NCBI GenBank assembly: GCA_039803205.1
Contig: JBDRYB010000002.1
Coordinates: 32,001 to 96,000 of the forward strand
From: a candidate division WOR-3 bacterium
Lineage (GTDB): Bacteria; Hydrothermota; Hydrothermia; JBDRYB01
Direction of reading: 5' to 3'
DNA length: 64,000 nt
Numbering within the stretch: the first letter of the stretch is position 1; each line of letters begins with the position of its first letter. The position numbers were made by a program, and so were the translations under genes. This document shows positions 48,533 through 57,506 of this stretch, piece after piece. The notes under the pieces are model-generated. The model saw nothing but the letters and a program-made list of their open reading frames with translations. It was not told the DNA's origin and did no database searches.

Positions 48533-49258
48533 ATGAACTGGCAGGACCTATCCACTTACGAGCATGGGAAGCTCAGGTTTGAGGCCGCAATATTGCCCAT
48601 AGGAACCCTTGAGGCCCACGACGGCGGGCCTGTTGGAACGGACAACTTCATTCCGGATGCCATATGCGAAAGGCTCTCTGAGCGCCTCGGCATCCCCAAG
48701 CTTCCCCTCATGCCCTATGGGGTAACGAATTCCCTGTTGTCCTATCCTGGCAGTTGTTCACTCACCGATCCGGTTCTTGAGGGCTTCATCTACGAGCTGG
48801 GGAAGACCTTAGCCAGGAACGGGCTCAGGTATCTCTTTGTCATAAACGGGCACGGCGGCAACACCGACCCACTGAGAGCGGGCGCGCGAAAGGTATTCCG
48901 TGAGGCAGGGCTCTTTGTTGCGGTAATAGACTGGTGGGTTGAGACCAGGCGACACGCTGAGGAGATATTCGGCAAGGAAGGCATGGGCCACTCGGCCATT
49001 GACGAAATGGGCGCCCTTTTGGGATTCTGCCCGCGGTTCAGGGATTCTCTGCCAAAGGGAGAAGTTCCCGCTTACTACTACTGGCAAGGGGTGAGGGTGT
49101 ATCCGGTTCCGAGGCCTGTTATAGTCTACGAGAACCCAGAGGAAAGGGTGGATTTTTCAAGGCTTAGTCCAGAAAGGTGCTCTGAGTTCGCTGATAGGAT
49201 AACGGATGTGATGGAGAGGGTGATAAGGGACATACTCGCGGGTTGGAGGGAGATATGA
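48533..49258 (+). CDS. Creatininase-family amidohydrolase
   Basis: LPIGTLEAH...GTD, YPGS, INGHGGN, GHS..E. Confidence 0.85.
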   Translation: MNWQDLSTYEHGKLRFEAAILPIGTLEAHDGGPVGTDNFIPDAICERLSERLGIPKLPLMPYGVTNSLLSYPGSCSLTDPVLEGFIYELGKTLARNGLRYLFVINGHGGNTDPLRAGARKVFREAGLFVAVIDWWVETRRHAEEIFGKEGMGHSAIDEMGALLGFCPRFRDSLPKGEVPAYYYWQGVRVYPVPRPVIVYENPEERVDFSRLSPERCSEFADRITDVMERVIRDILAGWREI

Positions 49259-50370
49259 AGGTTGAGTTCTTCAGGCACTCTTTGGGCGAGGATGAGAAGA
49301 AGGCCGTTCTCGAGGCCTTGGATGGCATATTTCTCACAACCGGCCCGGCGAACGCTGAGTTTGAGAGATTGTTCTCGGAGTATCTCGGCGTCCCGTATAC
49401 CGTAACGGTCAACTCGTGCACTGGCGGCCTTCACATTGCCCTTCTGGCTTTGGGTCTGAGGCCCGGAGACGAGGTCATAACAACCCCCATGAGCTTCATC
49501 GCGACTTCAAACGCGGTTCTACATGCCGGCGGAATCCCTCGTTTCGTTGATGTTGAGCCAGAGACCGGGCTTATTGATCCGGATCTGATAGAGGAGGCAA
49601 TAACCCCAAAGACTAAGGGTATTATCCCGGTGCACTTATACGGCCAGATGGCGGACATGAAAGCGATTAGGGAAATAGCGGACAGGCACGGGCTTTTCGT
49701 GCTTGAGGACTCAGCGCATGCCATTGAAGCGGAAAGGGATGGGGTAAGGCCAGGCCAAAAAGGGGACATGGCCGCGTTCAGCTTCTACGCTACAAAGGTC
49801 ATAACCTGCGGGGAGGGAGGTGCGATAACGGCGCACACCCGCGAGCAAGACGATCTCCTCCGGAAGCTCAGGCTTCACGGGATGAGCGCTGGAGCGGCAG
49901 ACAGATACTCAGGCCTATACAAGCACTGGGAGATGGAGCTCCTCGGCTGGAAGTATAACATGACGAACTTTCAGGCCGCGATGCTCATCCCTCAATTGCC
50001 GAAGATGGAAGCCTGGCGGGCGAGGAGGGAGGAGATCTGCCGGAGATACGAAGAGGCCTTCTCAAAAGCCGGTATAGGTTTTCCCGAGGTTGTTCCCGGC
50101 TCAAGGTCATCTCGGCACCTATTCACGATATGGGTTGAGGATAGGGACAGGGTTCTCTCGGAGCTCGGAAAGCGAGGGGTTGGCGTCGCGGTCAACTACA
50201 GAGCCATTCACCTGAGGAAATACTACACGGAGCGCTTCGGCTACAAACCAGGGATGTTCCCTGTGGCCGAGAAGATAGGGGACATGACAATAAGCCTTCC
50301 CCTTTATCCGGACCTGAAGGATGAGGAGGCCGATTATGTGATTGATTGTGTGAGGGAGGTTGTGGGGTAG
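49255..50370 (+). CDS. DegT/DnrJ/EryC1/StrS-family sugar aminotransferase
   Basis: NSCT.GLH, GDEVIT, PVHLYGQ, EDSAHA, FSFYATK.IT.GEGG, GWKYNM, SLPLYP. Confidence 0.93.
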   Translation: MKVEFFRHSLGEDEKKAVLEALDGIFLTTGPANAEFERLFSEYLGVPYTVTVNSCTGGLHIALLALGLRPGDEVITTPMSFIATSNAVLHAGGIPRFVDVEPETGLIDPDLIEEAITPKTKGIIPVHLYGQMADMKAIREIADRHGLFVLEDSAHAIEAERDGVRPGQKGDMAAFSFYATKVITCGEGGAITAHTREQDDLLRKLRLHGMSAGAADRYSGLYKHWEMELLGWKYNMTNFQAAMLIPQLPKMEAWRARREEICRRYEEAFSKAGIGFPEVVPGSRSSRHLFTIWVEDRDRVLSELGKRGVGVAVNYRAIHLRKYYTERFGYKPGMFPVAEKIGDMTISLPLYPDLKDEEADYVIDCVREVVG

Positions 50371-50380
50371 TTTAAGCGCT

Positions 50381-51733
50381 TTATTGCCAAAATAGTCTCA
50401 GTCCCCCTTTGAAAAACAATCCTGATACCCCATTTCCATCTATATGTAACCAGTTTTCTATCCTTCTGTATCCCACCATGAGGTCAGACCCCATGGGCCC
50501 CCTGATCCAAGAAGCCCTGACCCATCCCCTCGCCTCGGTTTGAACCGGAGGCACGAGGAAGTTCTCCTTTGGAAAGCCCAGGTAATATGGCATTTTCTCG
50601 TGGACAGAGCCAGCCCCGTCCTGGGTGAAGGATAAGCCGAGCGTAATCCTGGTCACGGGCCTCGCCTGCCACTCCAGCTCAGCCAGAAACCTCTGAAAAT
50701 CAGAGCCGAGGGGGTGACCGTATGGCCAGGCTCTGTAGATGGCCTTTGTGGTCCTCAGCCTTGAGTTGAATGTCCAGCGCGTTGCCGCCGAGTAATCCAT
50801 TCTGAGGATGAGAGGGCCCGCGGACTTCATGGCGCCAAAAGCAAGAGCGAATTGATTGGGGTCCCATATGGTATCAGGAACATACTGGAAATCATCAATG
50901 TAGAACTCGCCATACAGAAGGAGGCCGGGAAGGCTGAGGGTTGCGTCCAGGTCCCACGCGTAGTCGTCCTCGTGCTGGAAGGAGCCGGTCCAGGAGTAGG
51001 CGTAGTATATGGGAAATGGGTTGAAGTATTGGAGCGAAGGTCCGCCCTCCTCCCTCGCGTATCTGACCGTTTCTGACCACGCCATGTTTAGCCTTCCGAG
51101 AATGAGAAACTCAACCCTATGGCCGTTTATGAAGCGCTGGTATTCGGTTCTATGCTGGAGGTTCTCCGAGGTGTCTATGACATCCTCTATGGGATAGGGG
51201 TCCAAAACGCCGAAGAATAGTGAAATCCTCATGAAAGAACATCGCCACGCTATCTCGCCGCAATCAAATGGAGGGAAATTTCCTCCATCAAACATCAGCC
51301 TGTTGGCCAGAGGCGGTCCCCAGGAAACAGGCGCCCTTCCCCAGTAGCCTGATAGGTTCCCGTTTTGAAAGCCGACAAAAGCCCTCATCCAATCAGAACG
51401 GATCCCCTTCCACCTCGCCGGATATAGGGAATCGTTTCCAATCCAGATGAATGGCTCAGCAGAAGCGAAAAGGGCACCATTTTCGTGGGAAAGCGATGCT
51501 GTGCCTGAGAGGCGTTGGAATGTGTCGGATTCGTAACCAGCGGCCGCAGAGAATCTCGGCGAGGCACACCTGAGCTCTTCCCACAGAGAGCCTTCTCCAA
51601 TCACGGTATCAGGGAGGACAAAAGGCATGGTCCAGTAGAAACCAGGGGGCAGTTCTCCTGAGAGGATGAGCCTCGCGATCTCAGCATCCCCGTGTCCAGG
51701 TGTTATTACCAAAGCCAAAAGCAAAACCTGCAC
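50381..51733 (-). CDS. Capsule assembly Wzi-family outer-membrane protein
   Basis: GR....WGP, RFINGHRVE, SETV.Y, YFNP, YGEFYIDD, GHPLG.D. Confidence 0.7.
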   Translation of the reverse strand: MQVLLLALVITPGHGDAEIARLILSGELPPGFYWTMPFVLPDTVIGEGSLWEELRCASPRFSAAAGYESDTFQRLSGTASLSHENGALFASAEPFIWIGNDSLYPARWKGIRSDWMRAFVGFQNGNLSGYWGRAPVSWGPPLANRLMFDGGNFPPFDCGEIAWRCSFMRISLFFGVLDPYPIEDVIDTSENLQHRTEYQRFINGHRVEFLILGRLNMAWSETVRYAREEGGPSLQYFNPFPIYYAYSWTGSFQHEDDYAWDLDATLSLPGLLLYGEFYIDDFQYVPDTIWDPNQFALAFGAMKSAGPLILRMDYSAATRWTFNSRLRTTKAIYRAWPYGHPLGSDFQRFLAELEWQARPVTRITLGLSFTQDGAGSVHEKMPYYLGFPKENFLVPPVQTEARGWVRASWIRGPMGSDLMVGYRRIENWLHIDGNGVSGLFFKGGLRLFWQ

Positions 51734-51800
51734 TCCAAGATTTTAAGGCAACGGCCCCCCCTGTTGCCACAGCAGAGGCCGAGGGATTAAAATTATCGTT

Positions 51801-52628
51801 ATGAGCAAAGGGTTCTGGTTCCAGGAGATGCACTCGGGTTCGTCCGGGCTCATTCTGGGCGTCTCAAGGCTTATTTTCTCTCACGAATCCCGTTACCAAA
51901 AGATAGAGATATTTGAGAACGACTTCTTCGGTAGGGTTCTCGTTCTTGATGGCTATGTCATGACAACTGAGCGAGATGAGTTCATATACCACGAGGCCCT
52001 CGTTCATCCTGCCATGCTCGTCCATCCAAATCCCCAGGAGGTCCTCATCATAGGCGGAGGTGATGGGGGCGCGCTCAGGGAGGTTCTCAGGTATCCTGTC
52101 CGGAAGGCCGTTCTCGTTGAGATAGACCAGGCCGTTGTTGATTCCGCAAAGGCTTATCTACCAAAGCTCTCCTTGGGATTCTCCGATCCGAGGGCCCTTG
52201 CCCTATACGAGGATGGGTTTGAGTTCATGCGCCGAACCCCGCCGGAGTCATACGATGTGATAATCGTTGATTCGCCGGATCCGGTTGGCTCGGCCAAATC
52301 CCTTTTCACCAAGGAGTTCTACAGGGAGGCCCAAAAGGTTCTCTCAAAGCCTGGCGCCCTGGTTGTTCAGGCCGAATCCCCATTTTATCATATGGAAACC
52401 ATAAAGGAAATGAAGAGGTCCCTGCTTGCTGTCTTCGGGGAGGTCAACTTCTACACATCTCCCGCGCCGAGCTATCCTGGGGGCTGGTGGTGCTATGCTC
52501 TTTGTCTCAAGGGCATAGATGGGCTTGAACCGAAACGCGAGCCTCCTGAGGGGCTTCGCTATTACAACCACCGTGTTCACAGGGCTGGCTTTGCTCTGCC
52601 GGAATTTCTCAGGAAGGACTTGATGTGA
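51801..52628 (+). CDS. speE: Polyamine aminopropyltransferase
   Basis: S.YQKI, LVLDG..MTTERDEFIYHE, VLIIGGGDGG, VEID, DVIIVDSPDP, YPGG.W. Confidence 0.95.
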   Translation: MSKGFWFQEMHSGSSGLILGVSRLIFSHESRYQKIEIFENDFFGRVLVLDGYVMTTERDEFIYHEALVHPAMLVHPNPQEVLIIGGGDGGALREVLRYPVRKAVLVEIDQAVVDSAKAYLPKLSLGFSDPRALALYEDGFEFMRRTPPESYDVIIVDSPDPVGSAKSLFTKEFYREAQKVLSKPGALVVQAESPFYHMETIKEMKRSLLAVFGEVNFYTSPAPSYPGGWWCYALCLKGIDGLEPKREPPEGLRYYNHRVHRAGFALPEFLRKDLM

Positions 52629-52638
52629 GAGAAAAAGT

Positions 52639-53088
52639 ATGAGCAGTTCTTCACAGGAAGAGCTTCTGGATGAGGTCAAGAGGTTGGGGGAGAGAATCAG
52701 ATCCGCTGACAAGCATCTGCCGGCGGATTTTTACGAGGTTCTCCAGGCGCTCGAGGAGGAGGGAGAGTATGAACAAACATTCTCTATTACCATTGAAGGC
52801 GAGGAAATAACGCTTCGTCTCAACATCAGGGCAAAAGACAAGAAAAGGCCATCATCTTGGCAGGTAGCCCTGAAATTCCATAATAAGCGAGTGGATTGCA
52901 TTGATTATGAGCCCGGGCTTGGCTGGCACCAGCACGGATGGAACAGGGAAACCCTGGCCGAAAAAGAGAAAACTTCTCTCCCTGAAATGACTAACAAAAT
53001 GTCTGACCGTTACCAAGCCACACTTGAAAACTGGCTTCGCCTGGCATTATCATTAATGAAAATAACCACAAGGAGGCTGAGGACATGA
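52639..53088 (+). CDS. Hypothetical protein with a His-containing beta module (RVDCID...GWHQHGW)
   Basis: 149-aa ORF with an ATGA overlap to the DUF1828-like gene. Confidence 0.65.
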   Translation: MSSSSQEELLDEVKRLGERIRSADKHLPADFYEVLQALEEEGEYEQTFSITIEGEEITLRLNIRAKDKKRPSSWQVALKFHNKRVDCIDYEPGLGWHQHGWNRETLAEKEKTSLPEMTNKMSDRYQATLENWLRLALSLMKITTRRLRT

Positions 53089-53945
53089 TCGGAGAGGCCA
53101 TCAGGATCAGCCTGGAAAGGGCCAGGAAGCTTGTCGGAAAGCTTAATTGCTTTAAGCTCCACGAGGAGTGGTGGGGCATCCATATTCTGACCGGCATCCC
53201 CACCTTTGATGAGGAGATTTCTCTGCTCCTAGAAGAGGTGGCGACCCAGGATCTTTTCAGAGGCAAGAACATGCTTAAAGTCTCGGATGGGGGCGCGACC
53301 CTGGCCTCACTTTTTGTGCGAGGGCTTCATTTGGATCCGGCAAGGGTAAGGAAGCTCAACATCATCTTGGAGCATTTCGGGATCAAGCAAGGTTCTGGAG
53401 ACGAACTCTATGTGTTCACTTCAGAGGAGGAACTAGAACCTTCAATCAAGAGGCTCCTCGCGGCTATCCTTACCGTTCACGCCCTTTACCTGGAACATAT
53501 CTTGAAGCCTTATGAAAAAGAGGAACGGGAGCTGACTATTGCCTTCCGTGGGTGGTATGAAGATAAACCTGAGCCGTTCAGGAAAGAGAACCAGCTCATT
53601 ATTCCGGAGCATCACCGGGAGATAATCGGAACCCAGAGCAGAACCCCCCACAGGATTGATTATGGCCTCTGGAGTAGCAAACCGGTTTTTGTGGCCAGGG
53701 TTGTTCAACCCTATGATTACAGCTACAACGGGTTCTGGTTCTTCAGCCTTGATGTACAGGAGGTTCCGAAGATGGCAATTCTCCTCCAGCCAGAGAAGTG
53801 GCGAGGCAGGGCCCTTGAGGTTTTGGAAAATCTCTCCAAGCAGGATTTGATAAACGCAGTGGTGAGGTGGGAAGGAGCGGAAAGCACGGGGGAGCTCCGT
53901 GAGAAGACTGATGAGATCCTGGAGATCGTAGGGAAAAGAATTTAG
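53085..53945 (+). CDS. DUF1828-like protein with a possible PD-(D/E)XK-like C-terminal domain
   Basis: VSDGGATL..L...GL...L..IL..FGI....ELYV; C-terminal IIG.QS..HRIDY; AGGAGG upstream. Confidence 0.6.
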   Translation: MIGEAIRISLERARKLVGKLNCFKLHEEWWGIHILTGIPTFDEEISLLLEEVATQDLFRGKNMLKVSDGGATLASLFVRGLHLDPARVRKLNIILEHFGIKQGSGDELYVFTSEEELEPSIKRLLAAILTVHALYLEHILKPYEKEERELTIAFRGWYEDKPEPFRKENQLIIPEHHREIIGTQSRTPHRIDYGLWSSKPVFVARVVQPYDYSYNGFWFFSLDVQEVPKMAILLQPEKWRGRALEVLENLSKQDLINAVVRWEGAESTGELREKTDEILEIVGKRI

Positions 53946-53966
53946 AGGATACAGAGGCCAAAAAAC

Positions 53967-54435
53967 ATGGCATCGCGGGCAATGAGAAATCCTAAAGAGA
54001 AACCGAAGGATGTTGATGAAATCATAGGTGCGCACGGGGCATTAACTGGCGGCAGAGTGGGTACGCCGCTAGGAAAAAGGGGGAGCGTTGACAAGAGCAG
54101 GCGTTATTTTATTTGCGGCCACTACGGGAGCTTTTGTTGAAGAGCGTGACGAAGAGGCCGCTCCATTGATACTGACTGGTGCAACTTCCAATCGGTTGAA
54201 TTCACTGTTTGAGAACGCCAACAAAAAACTCAATAACGCTGGTGCCCACAAAACCAACATGCTTTACCTTAATCTTGGTATACCATGGATATTAAACAGG
54301 AGTAGGTGGCTAAGATTCTCAAATAACAGGTTCCAAACAAGCTTGGAAAGACTTGTGGAAACAATAGGGCAAATTGCCTATCGTGGAAGCTCGCGTCTAG
54401 ACTTATGGCGCTTATGGGTTGGAAAACATGGTTAG
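53967..54435 (+). pseudogene. Probable gene remnant of unknown function
   Basis: Two partial frames (ATG 53967 and ORF 54088-54435) meet near an A5G5 run; composition differs from the flanks. Confidence 0.3.
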
Positions 54436-54527
54436 TCATTACGCAGAAAGGATAGAGAAGACTGTGGCCGACCACATAGAGCAACAAACGGGGGTTAGGT
54501 CTAATTGGTAAAACAGGAGGCAAAACC

Positions 54528-54821
54528 ATGTCCCTGAAACCCCCTAAGTATGTGAGGACAGTCCGCGAGCTTATTTACGGGCTCTACGCGGAGGGTTTTG
54601 GGGGCAATTACGGTTTTGTCGTGTCCCGGTTCAAAAAGCTGAAATCCGGGGAGAACTCAAGGGATTGGCAGAAGGAACTTGAGAAGGGGAAGATATGCGC
54701 CTACTGCGGAACTGATAAGAACCTCACGCTTGATCACATAATCCCCATATCAAGGGCAATTGGGGTCATGGACATATACGACCTGGGGGTGGTGATAACA
54801 TATAAAAAGGGCAAAAAATGA
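54528..54821 (+). pseudogene. Truncated HNH endonuclease
   Basis: AGGAGG SD; CAYCG....LTLDHIIPISR, but the downstream N and CxxCN are absent. Confidence 0.7.
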
Positions 54822-55558
54822 CCAATCTTTTCGGAATCCCTTATGAGGGAAGGGTCAACTTCACCAGAGGGGCCTTCCTCGGGCCCGCTCATACCCGTTT
54901 CTGGCTTGAGTCTCTTGAGGATTTCAGCCCGTATCAAGGAAAGGATCTGGAATATTCTGAGCTCGGCGACCTTTATCCGCCATCCGGATTATCCGGGGAG
55001 GAATTCACGGCCTGGTGCGCCGAAGCCCTCAACTCGTGGGCCGTAGAGCCCCCATTCCTCGCGCTCGGAGGGGACCACACCATAACCCTGCCACTTTGCC
55101 TTTATCTGAGGGAAAAGCTGGGGGGGTTCACGGTTTTATACCTTGATGCTCACCTTGACGCGAGGGATGAGTTCCAGGGCGAGAGGTTCTGCCACGCGAC
55201 TGTTGGGAAGAGGCTCTCGGACGAGGGATTTGAGGTTCTGGCCCTTGGTTGGAGGTCCTTGGCTCCGGGGGAGGAGGGCCCTAATGAGAATGCCGTGTTT
55301 GAAAGGCTATCTTCCCTGAAGAAATGCTATCTGAGTCTTGATCTTGATGTCCTTGATCCATCGGTTTTCCCAGGGGTCTCAAACCCCGAGCCAGGGGGAA
55401 TGTCCTTTGGGGAGCTAATTGGTTTGATCCAGGGCCTCAGGGGCAAGATAATATCAGCCGACATGGTTGAGTATAACCCGAGGGAGGACCCCGGGCCTGC
55501 CTCAGGAGGCATAGCCGCAACCATCGCCAGGGAGGTCCTCATATCGCTATCACGATGA
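54818..55558 (+). CDS. speB: Agmatinase/ureohydrolase
   Basis: GGDHTIT, DAHLD, CHAT, SLDLDVLDP..FPG..PEPGG, DMVEYNP. Confidence 0.85.
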   Translation: MTNLFGIPYEGRVNFTRGAFLGPAHTRFWLESLEDFSPYQGKDLEYSELGDLYPPSGLSGEEFTAWCAEALNSWAVEPPFLALGGDHTITLPLCLYLREKLGGFTVLYLDAHLDARDEFQGERFCHATVGKRLSDEGFEVLALGWRSLAPGEEGPNENAVFERLSSLKKCYLSLDLDVLDPSVFPGVSNPEPGGMSFGELIGLIQGLRGKIISADMVEYNPREDPGPASGGIAATIAREVLISLSR

Positions 55559-56010
55559 AGTTCCTCGTTGATCAGCATGCGGGGAAGCTCTGTCGTTGGC
55601 TCAGGTTTCTGGGATTTGACGCGGAGATGGCAGGGGGCTCGCTTTACGATTTGGCGGCAAGAGCAATTAGGGAAGGGAGGGTTCTTCTCACTAGGAACAG
55701 AAGGGCGCACGATCTGCCCATCGTCAAGGCCCTGGTCCTGCTCTCCGATGATCCGGATGAGCAATTGAGGCAGGTCCTCTCAGAGCTCAACCTAAAAACC
55801 AAGGCCAACCCGTTTACCCGTTGTCCTGTTTGCAACGAGGAGCTGGTGGATGTGGAGAAAGAAGAGGTCAAGCACCTTGTCCCCCCTCACACATATTCAA
55901 CCCACGAGGAGTTCTCCAGGTGTCCATGCTGCGGCAGAGTCTACTGGGAGGGTTCGCATGTTGAGAGGATGAGGGCAACCTTGGAGGAGTTGCTGGGAGA
56001 GCACGAATGA
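55555..56010 (+). CDS. Mut7-C RNase (PIN-like) domain protein
   Basis: KFLVD..GKL.RWLR.LG.D, R.LLTR, TRCPVCN, CPCCGRVYWEGSH. Confidence 0.9.
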   Translation: MKFLVDQHAGKLCRWLRFLGFDAEMAGGSLYDLAARAIREGRVLLTRNRRAHDLPIVKALVLLSDDPDEQLRQVLSELNLKTKANPFTRCPVCNEELVDVEKEEVKHLVPPHTYSTHEEFSRCPCCGRVYWEGSHVERMRATLEELLGEHE

Positions 56011-56048
56011 GTGCGCATGGGCTCGCTTTTGGTTTATAATTTCAGTCC

Positions 56049-56121
56049 GGGCCGTTAGCTCAGGCGGTAGAGCACCGGATTTTTAATCCGGGTGCCGAAG
56101 GTTCAACTCCTTCACGGCCCA
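56049..56121 (+). tRNA. tRNA-Lys(UUU)
   Basis: Acceptor GGGCCGT/ACGGCCC+A; D arm GCTC/GAGC; anticodon stem CCGGA/TCCGG with loop TTTTTAA; T arm GAAGG-TTCAACT-CCTTC; TATAAT 8 nt upstream; CCA not encoded. Confidence 0.95.
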
Positions 56122-56234
56122 GTTTATTTTATGCGGGTTTCCAAGATTTCACCCCCTAACGAAAAAGCGTGAAAAACACTCCATTTTCGGTCAGTTATGG
56201 TCGGTTGGGAAATGGGGCAGGAGTAAAACATCTT

Positions 56235-56705
56235 TCACCTGACACATTTCATACCCCCACAGATTGAAGATTTGGCCAGCGTTTCCTCGTAAGCCCTTGT
56301 GGCACAAGGGGATCGCAATCTATCCAGGTCTCTGAGAGTAATGCTTATGTAGCCTCTCAGAAACTCTCTAACCAGGGGGTCATCCTGGGAGAGGAGTCCC
56401 TTAACGAGGGCATATAGGCCTCTGAGAAAAAGTAAGAGCCAGGAAAGCATGATAAGGGTGATGAGCCCTTTCCTGACCAGGGGGTCTCTTATCCTTCTCA
56501 GAACCTCCCTCATCCCAAAGAGGCCTTTCAGGTCCCTGAAGAGATGCTCTATCCTCATCCTCTTCTTGTAGGCCTTTATGGGATTGTTTTCCTCGTAAAT
56601 GGCAAAGACCAGGAGCCTCTCTTCTGTCTCTCTCAGGTATGTTGGCTCCATGAGGCAAACGGTGTCCTCATCCCCACCGGTGAATATCCTCGCAAGCTCA
56701 GCCAT
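56235..56705 (-). pseudogene. IS4-type transposase C-terminal remnant
   Basis: Y-(2)-R-(3)-E-(6)-K signature in YKKRMRIEHLFRDLK; N-terminal catalytic Asp regions missing. Confidence 0.7.
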
Positions 56706-56717
56706 TATCTCCTCTTA

Positions 56718-57452
56718 GATTCTGTCCGGATTTCCGGGCACCTTAGGGGCCACTCTCCAACCTGAGGGATTAAATTATAAACTCATAGAGGCTCGTCAGG
56801 GCACAAGGCGCTGACGAGCCGTAGCCCTGCAAGACTTAAGGAACCTCTCGTTCTGCCTAGCTATGGTCGTCCTCCTTGTTGAAGCCCTTCCCTGGCTTTT
56901 ACGAGTGTATCCCTGAACAGATTCCACATCTGAGGGAAGTATTCGTCTCTCAGGCTCTCTATCCAGGATGCACCGTCTCCGATGACCACCCCCTTCGTGT
57001 TCAGGTCAACCAAGTATTTGCGCCTTATGAGCTCAGCTGGCTCAACTGAGGCATATACCACCCTATTCATGAGCTTGTGGTCCTTTCTCTCTGTGAAAGC
57101 GAGGAGTATCTTGGCCTCAGCCCTTCTGGATTTCTCCCTTTGAAGGGCTATCTGCGTTCCATCAGCTTCTACAACAACATGCTCAGATTGGTGGGTGCCT
57201 TTGAGGTTATTATCCTCTGGAAGGCCTCAGAGGCCATATCCCTGCCTGCTTCTCCTCAACGAGTTTCATCCAGACCTCAGGTTGATCTATACTTATCTCA
57301 CCCAGCTCTATCTGGATGCTCACGGTCCTAGTGATCGCGATGGGCCATCTCCTTTAATCTTTCTTTTTTCCATACCTCTCAGAGGAGGTGGCCCATATTC
57401 TAATCCAAAGGCCGAATCCGGGCCGGTTGTGCCCGGAAAACCGGACTGAACC
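56718..57452 (-). mobile_element. Internally deleted ISLre2-family (UPF0236) element
   Basis: 24-bp TIRs GATTCTGTCCGGATTTCCGGGCAC / reverse complement GGTTCAGTCCGGTTTTCCGGGCAC (21/24); fragments VVEADGTQIALQ and VIGDGASWI; 10-bp hairpin at 56790-56820. Confidence 0.78.
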
Positions 57453-57506
57453 CTTTCAAGGAACTCATGTGAATGGGCCCATGATTGTCCGGTATAATTT
57501 CAAGCT

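Noticed and set aside
55555..56010. Mut7-C protein as a toxin of the nearby accessory module
   Set aside because: It is coupled to speB with host-like codon usage and no adjacent antitoxin; more likely a resident gene.
3506..57452. Both mini IS elements measure 735 bp
   Set aside because: They belong to different families with unrelated TIRs, and the end positions are uncertain by a few nt; treated as coincidence.
56122..57506. Prophage or integrative element at tRNA-Lys
   Set aside because: No integrase, phage gene or duplicated tRNA 3' end is visible.
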